Part shown: positions 1 through 12,943 of the stretch, piece after piece
How positions within the stretch are numbered: the first letter of the stretch is position 1
Layout of the letters: each line of letters begins with the position of its first letter
Assembly: GCA_013115125.1 (NCBI GenBank)
Contig: JABANN010000113.1
Location: 1 to 64,000, forward strand
DNA: 64,000 bases
Direction of reading: 5' to 3'
Source of the DNA: Perkinsus olseni
Lineage: Eukaryota
Notes under the pieces: generated by a model
What the model saw: only the letters and a program-made list of their open reading frames with translations
Database searches by the model: none
What the model was told of the DNA's origin: nothing
Made by a program: the position numbers and the translations under genes

Positions 1-120
1 TAATTCATACGTAGATTAATAGCGAAGAACTGATAAAATTTCTGTTTTGCTTATCGAAAATGCACGGTCTGTACTGTTGTTTCCGTTGTGGGCGTTCTAG
101 TTGAATGAGAGTCGTCTCAG

Positions 121-3100
121 GTCAAGCAGTCTCCGCAGTTGGACGAAGCAAATGCCAAGTCGAGTGGCATCCGCCAAGCTGTCAGAGAGGCTGTAGCGTC
201 CGTGGAAGTGGTCCCTGAGGTGGGGATTCTGTAGCGTCTCCTTACATGGTCGTGAGACGGACTAGTTGCAAGCAGTCTTACTACGAGTGTTTCTATTGCT
301 TCCTCGAGCTCCGGTGGCGTCGTGGTTTTTTGAAAAAACCTGTGAAAAAACTTTTTTCACAGGGTAGTACCTGCAGCGAACGGTATAGAGTATTAATGGC
401 GCTGTTGGCACATTGAGGGGCTCACTTGCTCACTTGCATTTTCTCAACGCTTGTACTCGAATCGATTCACGTCACCTACCATTTCATCATCCGTTCAGGT
501 AGCGGTTGAGCTGCCGGTGGCTGATGCGACAAGAGAGCAAGCGGGTGAGTTTATCACATTCTGGCAACTGATCAGAAAAGTCACCAAGACTCATGTTGCG
601 AACATTTGAATGAAAGCCCCGGGCTGGAACATCTCCTTGTTCTTTATTTTTCGAAGGCTCTTGATACACTTGGCGAAAATTTCCCCGCGGCGTATGATTT
701 TTTTCGGAAAAATGAAAATTTTTGCCCCGAGGCGTATGTTTTTTTCCGGAAAAATAACAATTTCACTGCTGAGTCGACATAGCCTGACTTCTCTCCGCGG
801 CGTAAGCTCCTTCAATTCCAGATGTGACTAGAAGTGTCGCTATCGTCCGTAGCCACAGTACTTCATTTTTCTTCGGCTTATTAGGTTGCACTTGTAGGAA
901 AGGATTGCCTCCATTCTGGAAGGTCTTGGGTCGTGTCTCGATTGAGAATTGTGCGACTTTTTTTCAGATGATGGCCAAGCTAGTGGTGTCAGTAAACCTG
1001 CGCGGTCCGAGAGTTCGAAGAAAAGGTCGGTGTGGAATTGGTGCAAGTTTGATGGTTTTGGTCAGGAGGGAGCAGACCGCGGAAGAGCTCAGAGAAGTCG
1101 CTGAGAAGAAGGCCAGAATCGCCTTGGTGGGTACCACTTTATCGGGTCTTCGCGATTCGGAATAGCAGTTTGTGATCATGATGATGCGAAAATGAGGCCA
1201 CTGTGTCACATGGGAGCTTGGGCTCAGGAAGTACTCGGATACCTGCCCCGTACTTTAGTAGTTCGGTCGCCTGGCTCGTACAGCATGGCACAGTTACCTC
1301 AATTTCGTATCTTGCATTTTCTTCGCTGGGCACTGTATCGACTGCCGACGCGGTGAGAAGCTTGAGATCGAGCTGTAGGCGAAAGTAGAAGTTCGATGAC
1401 TGAAAATGTGACGCGGTTGCGAGTCGAGGTTCGACACGCTCATTCGAATGACGAGTTTTCAGAACAAGGAAATTTTTTGCTTGTTCGGTGCATATTCGTT
1501 CGCAAATCTGTCTTGTTCTCAGTCTCACCCAGTGGTCGATCGAAATTATCCGAATAGGTGAGTCGGCTAGGCCAGTCAGCTACCGACTTGCTCTCTCGCA
1601 TTTCCTCAACGCTGGTGATAACTTTTGCTTAGATTGGACGTCATCATACCAGCGAACAGAGTCCGGCAGCGGCGGAAAGTGGCCGAAGGCTTCGCCAGTG
1701 CGATCGAGAGGGGCGTCCGCGCGGAAGAAATGAGGTGGGCAGGCACGGGTTCAATTACCGGAGAGTGTCCTCTGGGCGAGCCTGAGGAATTCAATTTCGT
1801 GGCGCGTGACGGTGTTGAGGATTTTAGCGTTGAGAACTCTGAGACTCTCAGGGAGCCTGTGAATGACTTCGCCCGGGACGCCGGTGAGAGACTCGAGGCG
1901 GAGATCTTCGTGAAAGAAGATGCGGCTACTGAGGGAGGTTGGTCGAAGTAAATCTGGGTCGGGTACCGGGTACTCGCCAAGTGCTATTCGACCTTTCGAA
2001 GAATCGTTCCTGAGGAACGCTGGAATTTTGGGGGTTCTCGGTTGCGCTATGCAGTCGTTTAAGACTGCCTCAATGCTTTTATGGGGAAGTTTGAGGCGGC
2101 CGGTTTTTGTGTCTTCGAGGAAGGGTTATTGCGTGGACCATTATTTCTCAAACTGAAAGCAATATTATTGCCGCAATAATGAGATACGACTGCTGTCACG
2201 TTCATTTTCGGAGCTGATTTCCTGTCGGCGACCGGAGTCGACCTTGGATATTTATCGATGCTGTGCGTTCAGATACCTCAAAGAAGTGTCACGCATCGGC
2301 AAGAATTTGCTCGACGCCGGGGGTATCACTCAGATCCTGGAACGACAGCAAGTGTCGCTCGAGCAAGTAGCTCTCGTGAATTGAGCGGTGTCCTTCTTTT
2401 CTGAGGTTTTTTTATGAGCAGAATGATATACTGGGGTTATCATGTGGTTTGTCACTGGAGAAAGTACCCCAAATTTTTTATTGATTTTTTTTGTTCTTTT
2501 CAGAAGTTCACGGTAATTTGGGAAGTGATGACCGCTCATGTCTTCCTTGCGTTGTTCAAGTGGCTGTCATATCAGTTATAATTTGATGCATTCCCTCGAA
2601 GTTTCTCGAATTCCTGTTTTTTTTCTCAGGAATGCGCGATATACGGTCTGTTGTGATTCTGTGCGTTTGTAGGTAGCCTCTCATCATTGCACAGGCGAGT
2701 GGCTGGAAAATATGAAGATTAATGATGAAGCTGTTCCGTACACTGACCGTTGGCGTAGTCTTCACAAACGTCTCACTAGGGAACTGGTAAGTCCCTGTGG
2801 CAAAATTTTACAGCTCCTTCGAAATTTTTGAGGATGAGGTTGTTTCGTCTCGCATGAACTGCAGTTTTTTTCACAGAGTTGAGAACGCGACACATGTGGA
2901 CCTGAGTAAAAACACTTCTCGTTAGCGGCCTGATAGAGAACGTAAAATGGTGAGAGGCACATAAAGAATTTGGTGGGATTTTGTGGTCGTTAATGATCTT
3001 CCCATTAAATGATGCTTGCTCAGTATTTGTAGATCAGAGGTCTTCAGGCTGTGCGAGAGTGAACAAGGAGCGTTGAGAAAATACAAGAGCGCTCGAGATA

Positions 3101-4034
3101 GCAAGATTCTTTCGCCTTGCGAGTGCAGCTCTTAAGATTCGAGATCACTCGAAGATGGTCATGGTATCTTAGATGAGACAATGTGGTGAGAGCGAGCGCG
3201 GAGATGGAGACGAGCAAGATGGAAAGGAGCTCGCTGTAGGTCTCGTTCTGTGTTGAGTCAGGGTGCTTTGAAGGTTAGAAATGGGTGAAATCGTTTGGCT
3301 CAAATAAAGAAGAAAAATATTTTCTGTAATCTCCAAACAAATCGTCTGAAGGAATAAAGTAATTTCATCGAACTCTCTTCTCTCGGTGGAATCTACTTGG
3401 TATGCTCTTCGCGCAGACAGCTGTGAGATACGCGGAATTCGGTCAATTTACTTGGTGAAAGTCGCACGTGGGATTGGGATATGGGGTGATGAGTAGTAGG
3501 AAATGACTGCTGGTGTATTTGTGGCGAGGACCCTGTTATGGAATGGAGCAGTCGGGAGACGACGTTGGAAACGCTCTTCGGCGTGTGGAAAGAAGAAAAA
3601 AACGATTGCGTGGGTTTGAGATAAGGTTGGCTGTCCTTAGGCGACTTCGTGGGCACTGGAGTTGTGCCGGAGGTGTTGGGAGAGCTCGGTGGCTCGCAGG
3701 GAGGACGGTGGTTTTGACACGGACATGAGATACTACAACAACGTAAGCTGTTTGTTTGGAAGGTATCTTGGTTTGATCCTGTCAAGATGCGAGGAGTGTT
3801 GGATCTGTTGGCGAATTTGAAGGGATTGGTGCTCCGTCTCTTCATACATCCAAAAGGAGTTCTCCTCTTTCGGATGGTAGACTATGCGAGTATTCTTTTT
3901 CTATGGCGAGTTGCTTTCTGGGCATTTCGACTACAAGCGTCGATAGTATACTCGGATGTACAAACAAAGCTGGAGATTTTTCGCTTTTTTTCTTCGTCTC
4001 TGAGATAGACAGACGACCGTATGCGAAGATCTGA
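121..4034 (+). CDS. Multi-exon hypothetical protein; 5' end probably outside the window
   Basis: Chain of AG/GT-bounded open exons (121-219, 499-544, 1066-1126, ~1633-1948, ~2273, ~2673, ~3641-3742, 3787-3876), ending IDRRPYAKI-TGA at 4034. No domain recognised. Confidence 0.6.
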
Positions 4035-4812
4035 TCACTGATGGCAATCAGCTGCCATTTGCGAACATTTTCTCGCGCATCTAGTGCATTGCGGTGGCGC
4101 TGCGCGGCGAGCGAGATTGGATTACTCACGTTACGTGAGTTACGTAGTGGCCTAGTAACTAGTATTACTAGTTACTAGGCCCTAGTTCTACCTAAGCTAC
4201 TCGCGCCGGCTTTGGTCTGCCACCGGTTCTGTCCAGTGCAGTTCTCTTGCATCTGTCCGCTGATATCGGCTGCCGGAGGGCGTCCGGGCACGCTTATGAG
4301 CACTTGGCGTCAGTTTCCGAAGCACTGGTTAATGTCATCAGCCTATGCCTATGATGTTGGAATCCTTCGGTGGCACCCCGAAGTGGAAGTGTGCGGACCT
4401 AGCCCATTTCCTGGAGGATTTCTCCCTACGTGACCGCGGTGGCGATGCTGTGCTGGCCGAGGACACGGACGACGGCACTCCGGTCTTGGTCAGGGACGAC
4501 GCGAACGAGGAGACTTCCTTCCACCACCAATTCGGCGCGAGGTGGAGCATGGACTTCCAAATCTACAATTTGGCCATCTTTATCGTGCAGGACCATTCCA
4601 GTGACAGGACTCCTGAAGAGGGTCGCGTGAAAGCTGTCGATCTATCCGAGAGTTCTCGGCCTGGCAATCCAGTTCAACTGGAATGTCGCCGCTGTTGCTG
4701 ACGTGGCTGTCCGGAAGAAAATCGAGTCCTGCGGAGTCCTTTGCACTGGCACGCTGCGCGACTTTTCAAGGCTCTGAGAACTCACGGCTGGGGTAATCCT
4801 GACTACCTTGGC

Positions 4813-5290
4813 CTAATGCCCATTGGTCTCCGACTGCTGTCGGAAAGAGAAAGACATCGAACATTCCAGTGGACCTAAAACACTGGGCACCCCAACTGTT
4901 GACGAGGATCGTTGGCCTGGGTTCGCCGGAGCCCTTTTAACTCGTCCCACTCGATGGGAGGATACTTTCTCGCCGGCAATCTCAATTTTTTCGGCGTCAT
5001 TGCGTTCTCCGATCTTCAACTTTACAGTATATCTTCCCGCGATATTGAAGACTGTAGTTTGTGCTTCTCGGAGAAGTCTTCTCCGCTGTGCGAGTGACTC
5101 TTGCTCACAGGATAGCGGAGATACTGTACTGGGAAAAGTGTAGTCTATGGGGTTCGAACCAAGGACCTCATGTTTCAGATCGAAAAGGTGGTCCGGCGGA
5201 TAAGAGGAATACCTCGCATCACGTCGGAGCCGGTCGTCGCCCTTGCCCAGAGTGGGAAGTTGACTTGCAGCGAGCTCTTCGAGTCGTCTA
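4813..5290 (-). CDS. Possible hypothetical protein exons, divergent from bL28m
   Basis: 169-aa ORF containing an in-frame GT-AG intron candidate (~5129-5212) and an upstream polypyrimidine acceptor near 5290. Start codon not identified. Confidence 0.3.
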
Positions 5291-5706
5291 TTGAGGAAAT
5301 ACAAGAGAGAGCAAGATAGCAAGGTGAGGGATGCCTAACATTGGAGCGGGGTTAATGTTCGCTCGCAGGTTCGAAAGGTCCCGGGTTCGAATCCCAGGAT
5401 GTGCATATTATACAGTCTCTTGAATGTACAATTTTCTTCACTAACGTTTCGCTACTAATCGTCCGTACACTATTTGGTTGATTAAGAATCTTTTTTTGTC
5501 TCGAGTTCACTCAATAATCTCGCGCAGTGATTGCGATCGGAATGATTTTTTTTCGCAAATTTTCGGGAATATTGTAGAGTTCCCGAAAATTTACTCCAGG
5601 GAAATGAATCATCAGCAAAAGAGCCAGGATGACCATTTCCGAAGGAATTTTCATTTTTGCTTCGCTCCGCTAAATATTGGTCGTTACCACAGCATTTTTC
5701 TCTCCA

Positions 5707-8700
5707 ATGCCGAAGGTTCCCCATCTTTTCGGACGCTACCTCCGGAACGAGTCGGCAGGGGTAAGTCGCGCTCGAAAATATTTTCCACTTTTCTCGAAGG
5801 GGCTGCGGATTGTTACCAGCCGGCCTGAGCCAATCAAGATTTGATTATCAAATTGAGACCGTCCGGGTCGGATCCCGTGGGAAGTTCTGCGACATTCGTA
5901 TCCCGAAATTTTTCGTTCGCATTCCTGTTTTTGGAAAATTAGGTGACCATAGGTAGGCTTCTTTTTTATCTCCTTGCTCGTCTTTCTAAGCTTCGGTCGC
6001 GATACTGGTTATTTTTCTTCTCTGGCTGCCTGCGTTGGACACGGTCCTTCCTATGAGTTGATCGACCTCATCTATTTTCCTCTCTGTCTCTTCTTAGCAT
6101 CGCAGATCGTGGCGCAAGTATGTTCAGACTCGTTACGTGGTGCCCAAGGCGATGGGACAGGTGAGAAAATACAATTTTACGTTTTTCGAATTTTTTCCTG
6201 GTGATGAGCAGGTCCCGAGCGCAGCATCGCAGATGGCTCTTTTTCATGATGATGATTATAAACGGAAATATAGAATGGGCGTGAGAAACTCGATGTTTCG
6301 AAAGTAAGCTCAAAACCTCTCCTGCTCCGCTCCGCCGATTGGAATGAAAGCCCGTTTGCTATTTGCTACGGATCGCGTGCCGAGGAGCACTCGCTGCGCT
6401 TCAGCTTTGCTTCGGATTAGAGTAGTTAGTGCGGTTGGGTCAGATCAGATTAGAGATGAGAACGTAGAGCAGTGCGCTCGAGTCTCGCTACCTGCTGTGG
6501 ATTTGATGAATCGTATTGGTCGCCGGTTCGAATCCTGGCTAGGATATTTTATGTTACACAAACGTCTGAGTTATCTTCTTCCTCGGAACCCTGGGTCGCT
6601 AGATATGATCGTGGAAAGGGGCGGTATTGACTCCGTCCTTTTGTCAGGGTTTTGAAGCCCTTCACAACTAGAAGGGACTTCCGCTCAGACATGCTCAATC
6701 AGACCATCCACAATTTACGTGTTACCAATAGCGCTTTGTACGCTATTGAAGACAAGGGAGGATTCGACGAGTATATTATGAGATCTCCGCCAGAGGTGAG
6801 ATGATCTTGCCCTCTTGGTCTCGCTTGTATTTCCTCAACGCGACTCGCTGATTCTCGGACAGTGTGCAGAGCTTTGATTTCCTGTTCTATGTGAGGAATG
6901 TGGTTTGCTTGAGCGCCTCTGTGATCTTGTTTTCTTGCGGTATCTTGAATTTTCTCAACGCATTGTCTTTAGGAGATGAGGTCGAATGCAGGAGAGAAGA
7001 TGCGGAATGTGATGTATTGGTATATGCAGCATCCAGGTTAGGTTGTCAAAAGCGCTCGCCCTGGTAATCGATTTCCTTCCATCTTGTCAGAGTATAAGGC
7101 ACTAGGTTTGCCGTGGAAGGTGTTCCTCAGGAAGAGAAATCAACTGGACCCGGCTTATGCAAGGTGCCACCTTGGATTCCGATGGAATCCGACGAGTTTT
7201 GCGCTGAATAGCGTAGATGTGGACTATCTGGTTGCAGTAGTTGTAGGTGTGGAACACAACATAAGTAGATTGGGCTCATAGTGAACGAGATAGAGCAGAT
7301 AGGAAGTGGAGTAGTTGAGAGAACTGATTGATAATACGAAGCTAGTATGAGCACAGCTCGATGAGATTGGGGAGATTCTATCTCGGGTTTGAGTGTGTGT
7401 GAGTTTAAGGTCCAACGCCAACGAGAGCATGGATTAGTTAGACCAGCGCCGCTGTACCTTTCTCTGGGCGATTTTTCCCGTTTGATGAGGAAAATATTTC
7501 CGATGCGCTTGCTTCTCGTTGAAGGAAGTAGATAGCGCTTTCGGTGAATACAAGCGACTCGACGAGATGGGTAGAAGCAGGTACACGCACGAGTTGAAGA
7601 AGTACCATTCCGTACGGCATCTGTACAAACAACACGCGAAGTTCTCCCCTTATTATCTGCCGAAGCACGAGAAGGGATTGTAAGAAATGGCAGTGAGCTG
7701 CGTCTTTGCGACAGTTTTATTTTTCCTTCGCGTGAGAGACAGACCTACAATTTGGGTCCACTGGAGACTTATTGACCACGGGCTTTTTCTTTCAGTGTTT
7801 CACGAATAGCGAAAAGTCGGGCTTCTACAAAACCGAGTTTGAAAATTTCTACCCAATTGCGGTTTTTTATTTTCCTGGGAATTTACAGGTCTAGCGACAT
7901 GCAGTCATTTCGGAATTGTCGTCATTTTTCAAAAAAGTCTGGCAATTTCGAGCGGTCGCTTTCTATTTTCTCGCTTTTTCTGTTAGTCTCCGACTATGGT
8001 GTGGTCTATTAGTATGAGATCGTTGGCTGCCGTTAGATACCCAGTTCGGCAGAAGTTCATGGCCGGGTCAGAGGCTCCGGAAATGGTCAACAAGTGGTGG
8101 ACAGAGTCACCGGCGTTGGAAGATGCATTCAGGAGAAGATTGGGCGAAGCGAAGTCATTTGAAGAGGGTAAGTGACAGCATCTAGCATATGATAATCGTA
8201 GGACCTAGATCCGTTGGTGAGGCTTCCGAGGAAATGAGCACATCGGTGAGGGGATAGTTGATAAAAATTTATTTAATTTATTGATGAAAATTACAATGTT
8301 TTCGCGCGGCTTTTTGCTTTGGCGAGGGATGCGTAGCTGTCATATTCGTACACGCCTCACCTTTCTCCATCCGTCTGCTGCTCTTGGGCCGTAAAGAACA
8401 TAAGGAAAAAGTCAGTCCCGGTGTTTGGTTATGAACTCCCACACAAACTTAGCATGTATCTAGTCAGCGGGACGGGCTCTACACAGGTTCGTCATGAGAT
8501 TTGCCGAAGATAAGTTGAGATGGTGAAAACTACAATTGCTCTTCATTGCTGTCCCGCAGCGAGTTTGAGAGAGTTACCCCATTACCCGAGCTCGTTCGAA
8601 CGGAACGTTAGACCCCCTCGTGAAGCTGATTAAGTTACCCTGCTTCTTCCCTTCTGTGATCGGTCGGGAAGTTCCGGCTAATCCGGATTGTTCATTCACT

Positions 8701-9067
8701 CCGTTTTCGACTCGTTTCGGGTATCAACAATAGGGTGACGTCACCATCTTGACGAGGAAGATTTTCTCGTCGGAAAAACGATAACGGAATCGCCACGCAT
8801 GGTGAGTCTACATAAGAACTCTGTTGAGCGCCTGAACTCCAAAAGAAGGTAAACCCGAAATTTTTTGTGGATGAGTGATTGAATTAACAGAGCAAAAATC
8901 GCTTTTTTTTCCGACCGTATTTGTCGCGGTGTCTCTCAGCTCACGCGGATCATCGAGAGCCTGAAGCCTATCGCCGCGGGTACGGTATGGGTAGGGGTGG
9001 AGAGCATGGCGGTATGCCAAGATGGAGAAGCAAGACGTATAAGTTCAGACAACTACGGCCTTATTAG
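5707..9067 (+). CDS. MRPL28: Mitochondrial ribosomal protein bL28m (about 9 exons)
   Basis: Spliced peptide MPKVPHLFGRY...ASQMALFHDDDY...VLKPFTTRRDFRSDMLNQTIHNLRVTNSALYAIEDKGGFDEYIMRSPPEEMRSNAGEKMRNVMYWYMQHP...RWRSKTYKFRQLRPY*. It fits the L28 core (LRVT..AL..I...GG.D.YI) with apicomplexan-type extensions. Confidence 0.85.
7223..7360. repeat. Dispersed ~140-bp repeat, copy 1 (in a bL28m intron)
   Basis: Near-identical to 56419-56566 and 27170-27259 (GAACACAACATAAGTAGATTGGGCTCATAGTGAACGAGATAGAGCAGATAGGAAGTGGAGTAGTTGAGAGAA). Confidence 0.9.
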
Positions 9068-10099
9068 TCACTCGCATGATATGATGATGATGTTTCTGTG
9101 CACTTCCGGGTGCTTCTTGCGACCGTCAATCTGTCATTCTTCATTGTTGTTGGCGTTGCGCGGATTCCTTGGGGTCATCCGCTTCGGGAGGATTAGTTAT
9201 ATATCATCACGGATCTGAAACCTCTAACTACGGGGACTGGGAGTCGGGGCGGTGGCCACGACGGACCTGCAGGCGGTGAGGGCGACAAGGAGCTACGCCG
9301 AATGCCCTTCCTGTGGCCTTTCCACAGGATCCACCGTAAAACCTATGACAGACCTAAAACGTACGTAAAACCTATGTACAGACCATGAAGGGAAGGGAGA
9401 GGGAATGTAGAGATCATAACTTTGGCGTGATACCAAAGCTTAATACCAAAGCTAATCGAGTCAACAGGCTAATGAACGCCCCCACGTCATTCCGAAATGG
9501 AGAACCGGGTGCAAACTCGAGGAGCTAAATTATACTATGTCGCCCTATGATGCGTCGTCACCCGCTCTTCTGCCTCTTTGGTCGATGAAGTTATCGAACT
9601 CAGACTGCCGTATGCGATTGTCGTTTTGTCGAGTCAACCCAGCGATTCACGGGAACTCAACTCGTGTTGCATACTAAGAAGATATATGAAGGGCAATGAA
9701 GACCAAACCTTTTCGACGATACTTCTGTTTTTGTGTTTCATAGATCCAAATCACCATTCGCTGTGCTAACTGACATACCAATCGTGTGGCGTAGTGTTTT
9801 CAACTACGGCAAACGAGGATGGTGAACAAAGAGGGAGACTCATCGAACCGCACACTGAGACTAACATTTCGGAACTTGAAGGTTCGACAGGCGTTGAACA
9901 ATTGTTAAATATGCTCAACTGCCGAAAATGAGTTCACCTCAGTGGCCGATATAAAGATAGAATGACGATCCACCAGAAAATTTCCGTTGATCTGTCAATA
10001 AGAAGAGAGAAAAGGTGCAGTCACTCGTACCAATGCAAAAGCAGAATCGCAGCTACTCTTTCGATCAAGGCTTTGGGACGAACAAGACGAAGAAGTGAC

Positions 10100-10805
10100 A
10101 TTTACTGACATTGCCAATGTCACATTGGCCGCCAAGTCACGGTAGAGACGGAGGGAGAGGCTGGGTTATGAGCAGGCAATACAAAAGCCAACAAAGACAC
10201 ATGCCACACTAGACATGCTTGATGGGAAGACACGCTGTGGTCTAAGAGCTCGTTGGGATTCTGAAGACGAAGGCAATAAGATACAGAGGAAGCCGACAAC
10301 TGTACCGACCTGAAATCTAGTTCTCTCCGCGTCGCTTCATTGCCCTGTTGGTGATCTTGTTCGGTCCAACCCTTCTGGCGTTATTCACCTCTTCGAATGT
10401 GCGATCCACAAGCACCTACCGAACGACATCCGATGAGGGCCGGCGAGGCGGCTTACTTGACAAGCCTTGGTAGCTCGGTAAAAATCGGCTGTATCGGTCT
10501 GCTCTAGCAGGGAGTTGCACAAGCACTGCACAAGAGTTCGGCGCTGTTCATCGAGAACTCTCTCGATGTCATCAGAGCTGACAAACATTCATCCGGACGG
10601 GTCGAATCACAGCGGCTTACGTTGACTCAGACGAACTGTCGGTGAAGTCGCTGGCTGTACTTTGGGCACCGGGCGACTCCTTCCCGAGGGGCTGGCGAAG
10701 AAAGCTCATGAGCGCTGTCCAGCGGAAAGAGTAAGGGCTTACGGTCAGCTCATTGGGATGCCAGTAGAGACCTACTTCCCCGGGCTGATAATCGGAATGT
10801 AGCAT
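10100..10805 (-). CDS. Compact multi-exon hypothetical protein; 3' end uncertain
   Basis: ATG at 10805. Three successive short introns with GTAAGC donors join exons in frame: MLHSDYQPGEVGLYWHPNELT|PLGKESPGAQ...|SDDIERVLDEQRRTLVQCLCNSLL...|VLVDRTFEE. Confidence 0.6.
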
Positions 10806-11048
10806 TAGTGAAGTTTTTTTCTCTATAGGATATTATAACCGCAGACTGCCGCGGCCGAGTTGATGTGAAACGCAATGTAACACGAACTGTGGACGAGTAT
10901 GAGGGTATGCCGTCACCGCTTGCTCTTGCGTGCCGCCAAAATACAAATATTAAAAGCGCGCGCCATAGTGATCGACACCCAAGACCGTGTAACAGGTCAA
11001 GCCTTTAACTAGGGTTTTCCTAGAGTTGGGGGTATACCCTGTTCGGCT

Positions 11049-12186
11049 ATGGAGGAGCCCGTAATGTGGCAATTGTCATTGTGTTGCCTTAGCGGAGCGA
11101 AGCACGCTTCCATGGGAAGCTTTGCTTAGTGAGTTTAGCCCTCAGTGATTGCTATCGCAGCGAGCGCGCAATGGTCATTCAAATTCCGCGTGTCAATGGC
11201 GATCGAATATCCCCAACGCAACTATCGAATTTCGCAAAGACCAGCACCCCTGTGGTCATTGAAGGGCTTGGCCTACCACAACTTGAACAAATCACCATTC
11301 TTCAGATCGGCCAGGACGAGCAAGGTGCGTCTTTGAAAGACTCATTGTGACACCCAGCGTTGCACGACCAGGTTACAAACGAGTTTCAGTCGCTCCGCTT
11401 CAAGACAACAAGACTGACAAATGGCTGGAGCCGTTGAGAGCATGGGACGTTAACACGACACTTCAGAATGTGCACGTTCTCGCTGTTGCTGGCAAGCGGA
11501 GCGCCGTTCCACTGGATCAATTCATAGAGAATATCGACCACTTCTACGCGGACGGCGCCGGCAACGGTTCCGCGTCTTGGAGTTTTCTCGCCGACTACCT
11601 AAGCCAGCGCTGCGATCTGGCGAGGATTGACTACAAGCTCGAGGGACCCATTGAAAAGCACATTTGGCTAGGTCCTTGCTCTACTCGTAGTCGGCTACAC
11701 TACGACGCTGTGGACACGCTGTTCTGTCAACTAGAGGGCCGAAAGAGATTCAAAATGCTCCCTCCGGACGAGTTCACGTCGCTCGTCCCTGAAGACAGTC
11801 CGCCGCTTCTGAAGGCGTACTACGACTGCGACGTGACCGATCCCTCTTGCTTGAAGTTTTCGCGAGGAGAAGTCAGCAGAGAGATAGTGTGGAACTACAG
11901 TCGGTTCGACAGAGAATTTGGCTTCACTGTCGAGCTCAAGCCCGGTGACTGCTTGTGAGTGTCGCCCTTCTGTATGGCGTTTTTAGGTTTCCGATTTTTC
12001 AGTTTCCTGCCGGCGTATTGGTGGCATCAAGTTGACGCGTTGCCGCATGACGAGAGCCCGTGGTGTCTCTCCTACTCTCAAGTGTATCGCTCCCTCGTCG
12101 TGCGTTGCAAAGAGACGGCGACGAGCAGACCGTCTAACGAGCTGAGACTCATCAATGGTCGGTCGTCATGGCATGTGTACAACTGA
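11049..12186 (+). CDS. JmjC / cupin-like 2-oxoglutarate-Fe(II) oxygenase (Cupin_8 type)
   Basis: IWLGPCSTRSRLHYDAVDTLFCQLEGRKRF and ELKPGDCL|FLPAYWWHQV, with an intact HxD...H triad. Short introns. Confidence 0.85.
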
Positions 12187-12428
12187 GTTTCTGCTTAAGA
12201 TATTATGTTTTCTGTTTTTTCGAGTTGAGAATAATTCGAAATTTTCACTCGATTTTCATTTCATTATGTTTCTGCGCGATTGAGGGTTTCCGATAGCACA
12301 TTATTACTCTGGGAAAGGGGGTTCAGCAAGCTGATTCTTAAACTCAGAATCGATTCTGGAACCGAATCTGAGATTTAAAGTTAGTTCACTGTCCATCGGG
12401 TTCTTTCCGCCGCGACGTAGAAAATTTC

Positions 12429-12943
12429 ATGGCAGTGATCGACTACGGCTGATCGACGAGAGTGAAATTCGGGGAGTAGAGGAATTTTTCGCTCCCGCAC
12501 AACGAAGAGAACGCGGTTTGTGTGATAAGCCACTTGGAGCATCTTCCGCACAAACGAGGCTGGTGCAGATATTCAAACGCTACTAGTTATCAATGTATGA
12601 CTTTGGTTGTCTGGTGATCACCAGAGTTTGGCTGATTTTCGCGCCCTTCCCAGCCCAATCCCTCGATGTGGAGGTAGGACTAGAGTTTGTCTTCAACGAT
12701 ATCCCGAGGAAAGTCCGCAGAGAGACTCGGGATTGTACTCGTTGATAGACACTCTCAGTCCTAATAGATGACCGCTGACTGGAGTGTGGTGAGTCACAGT
12801 CTGTGGGTCTTTCCACAGCGACCACCGCCTTGTGGTTCGATCTGTCTGGCAGCTCATCGTGAGTTGCTCTCATGTTTGCTGGCTGTTCTGAGCAGTCTGG
12901 ACCACACCAGTTCTCCTGGCGGCAACGCAATTCGCATTGCCCT
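12429..12943 (+). CDS. Possible small multi-exon gene or pseudogene
   Basis: Regularly spaced GTATGA/GTAGGA/GTGAGT donors and CAG/TAG acceptors. I could not assemble a convincing protein. Confidence 0.25.

Noticed and set aside
5343-5405. Functional tRNA genes at the many GGTTCGA sites
   Set aside because: Apart from 47065-47136, none forms a full cloverleaf.
12429-12943. PhzF-like epimerase (CGSICLAAH)
   Set aside because: Only vague motif resemblance; the other conserved PhzF motifs are missing.
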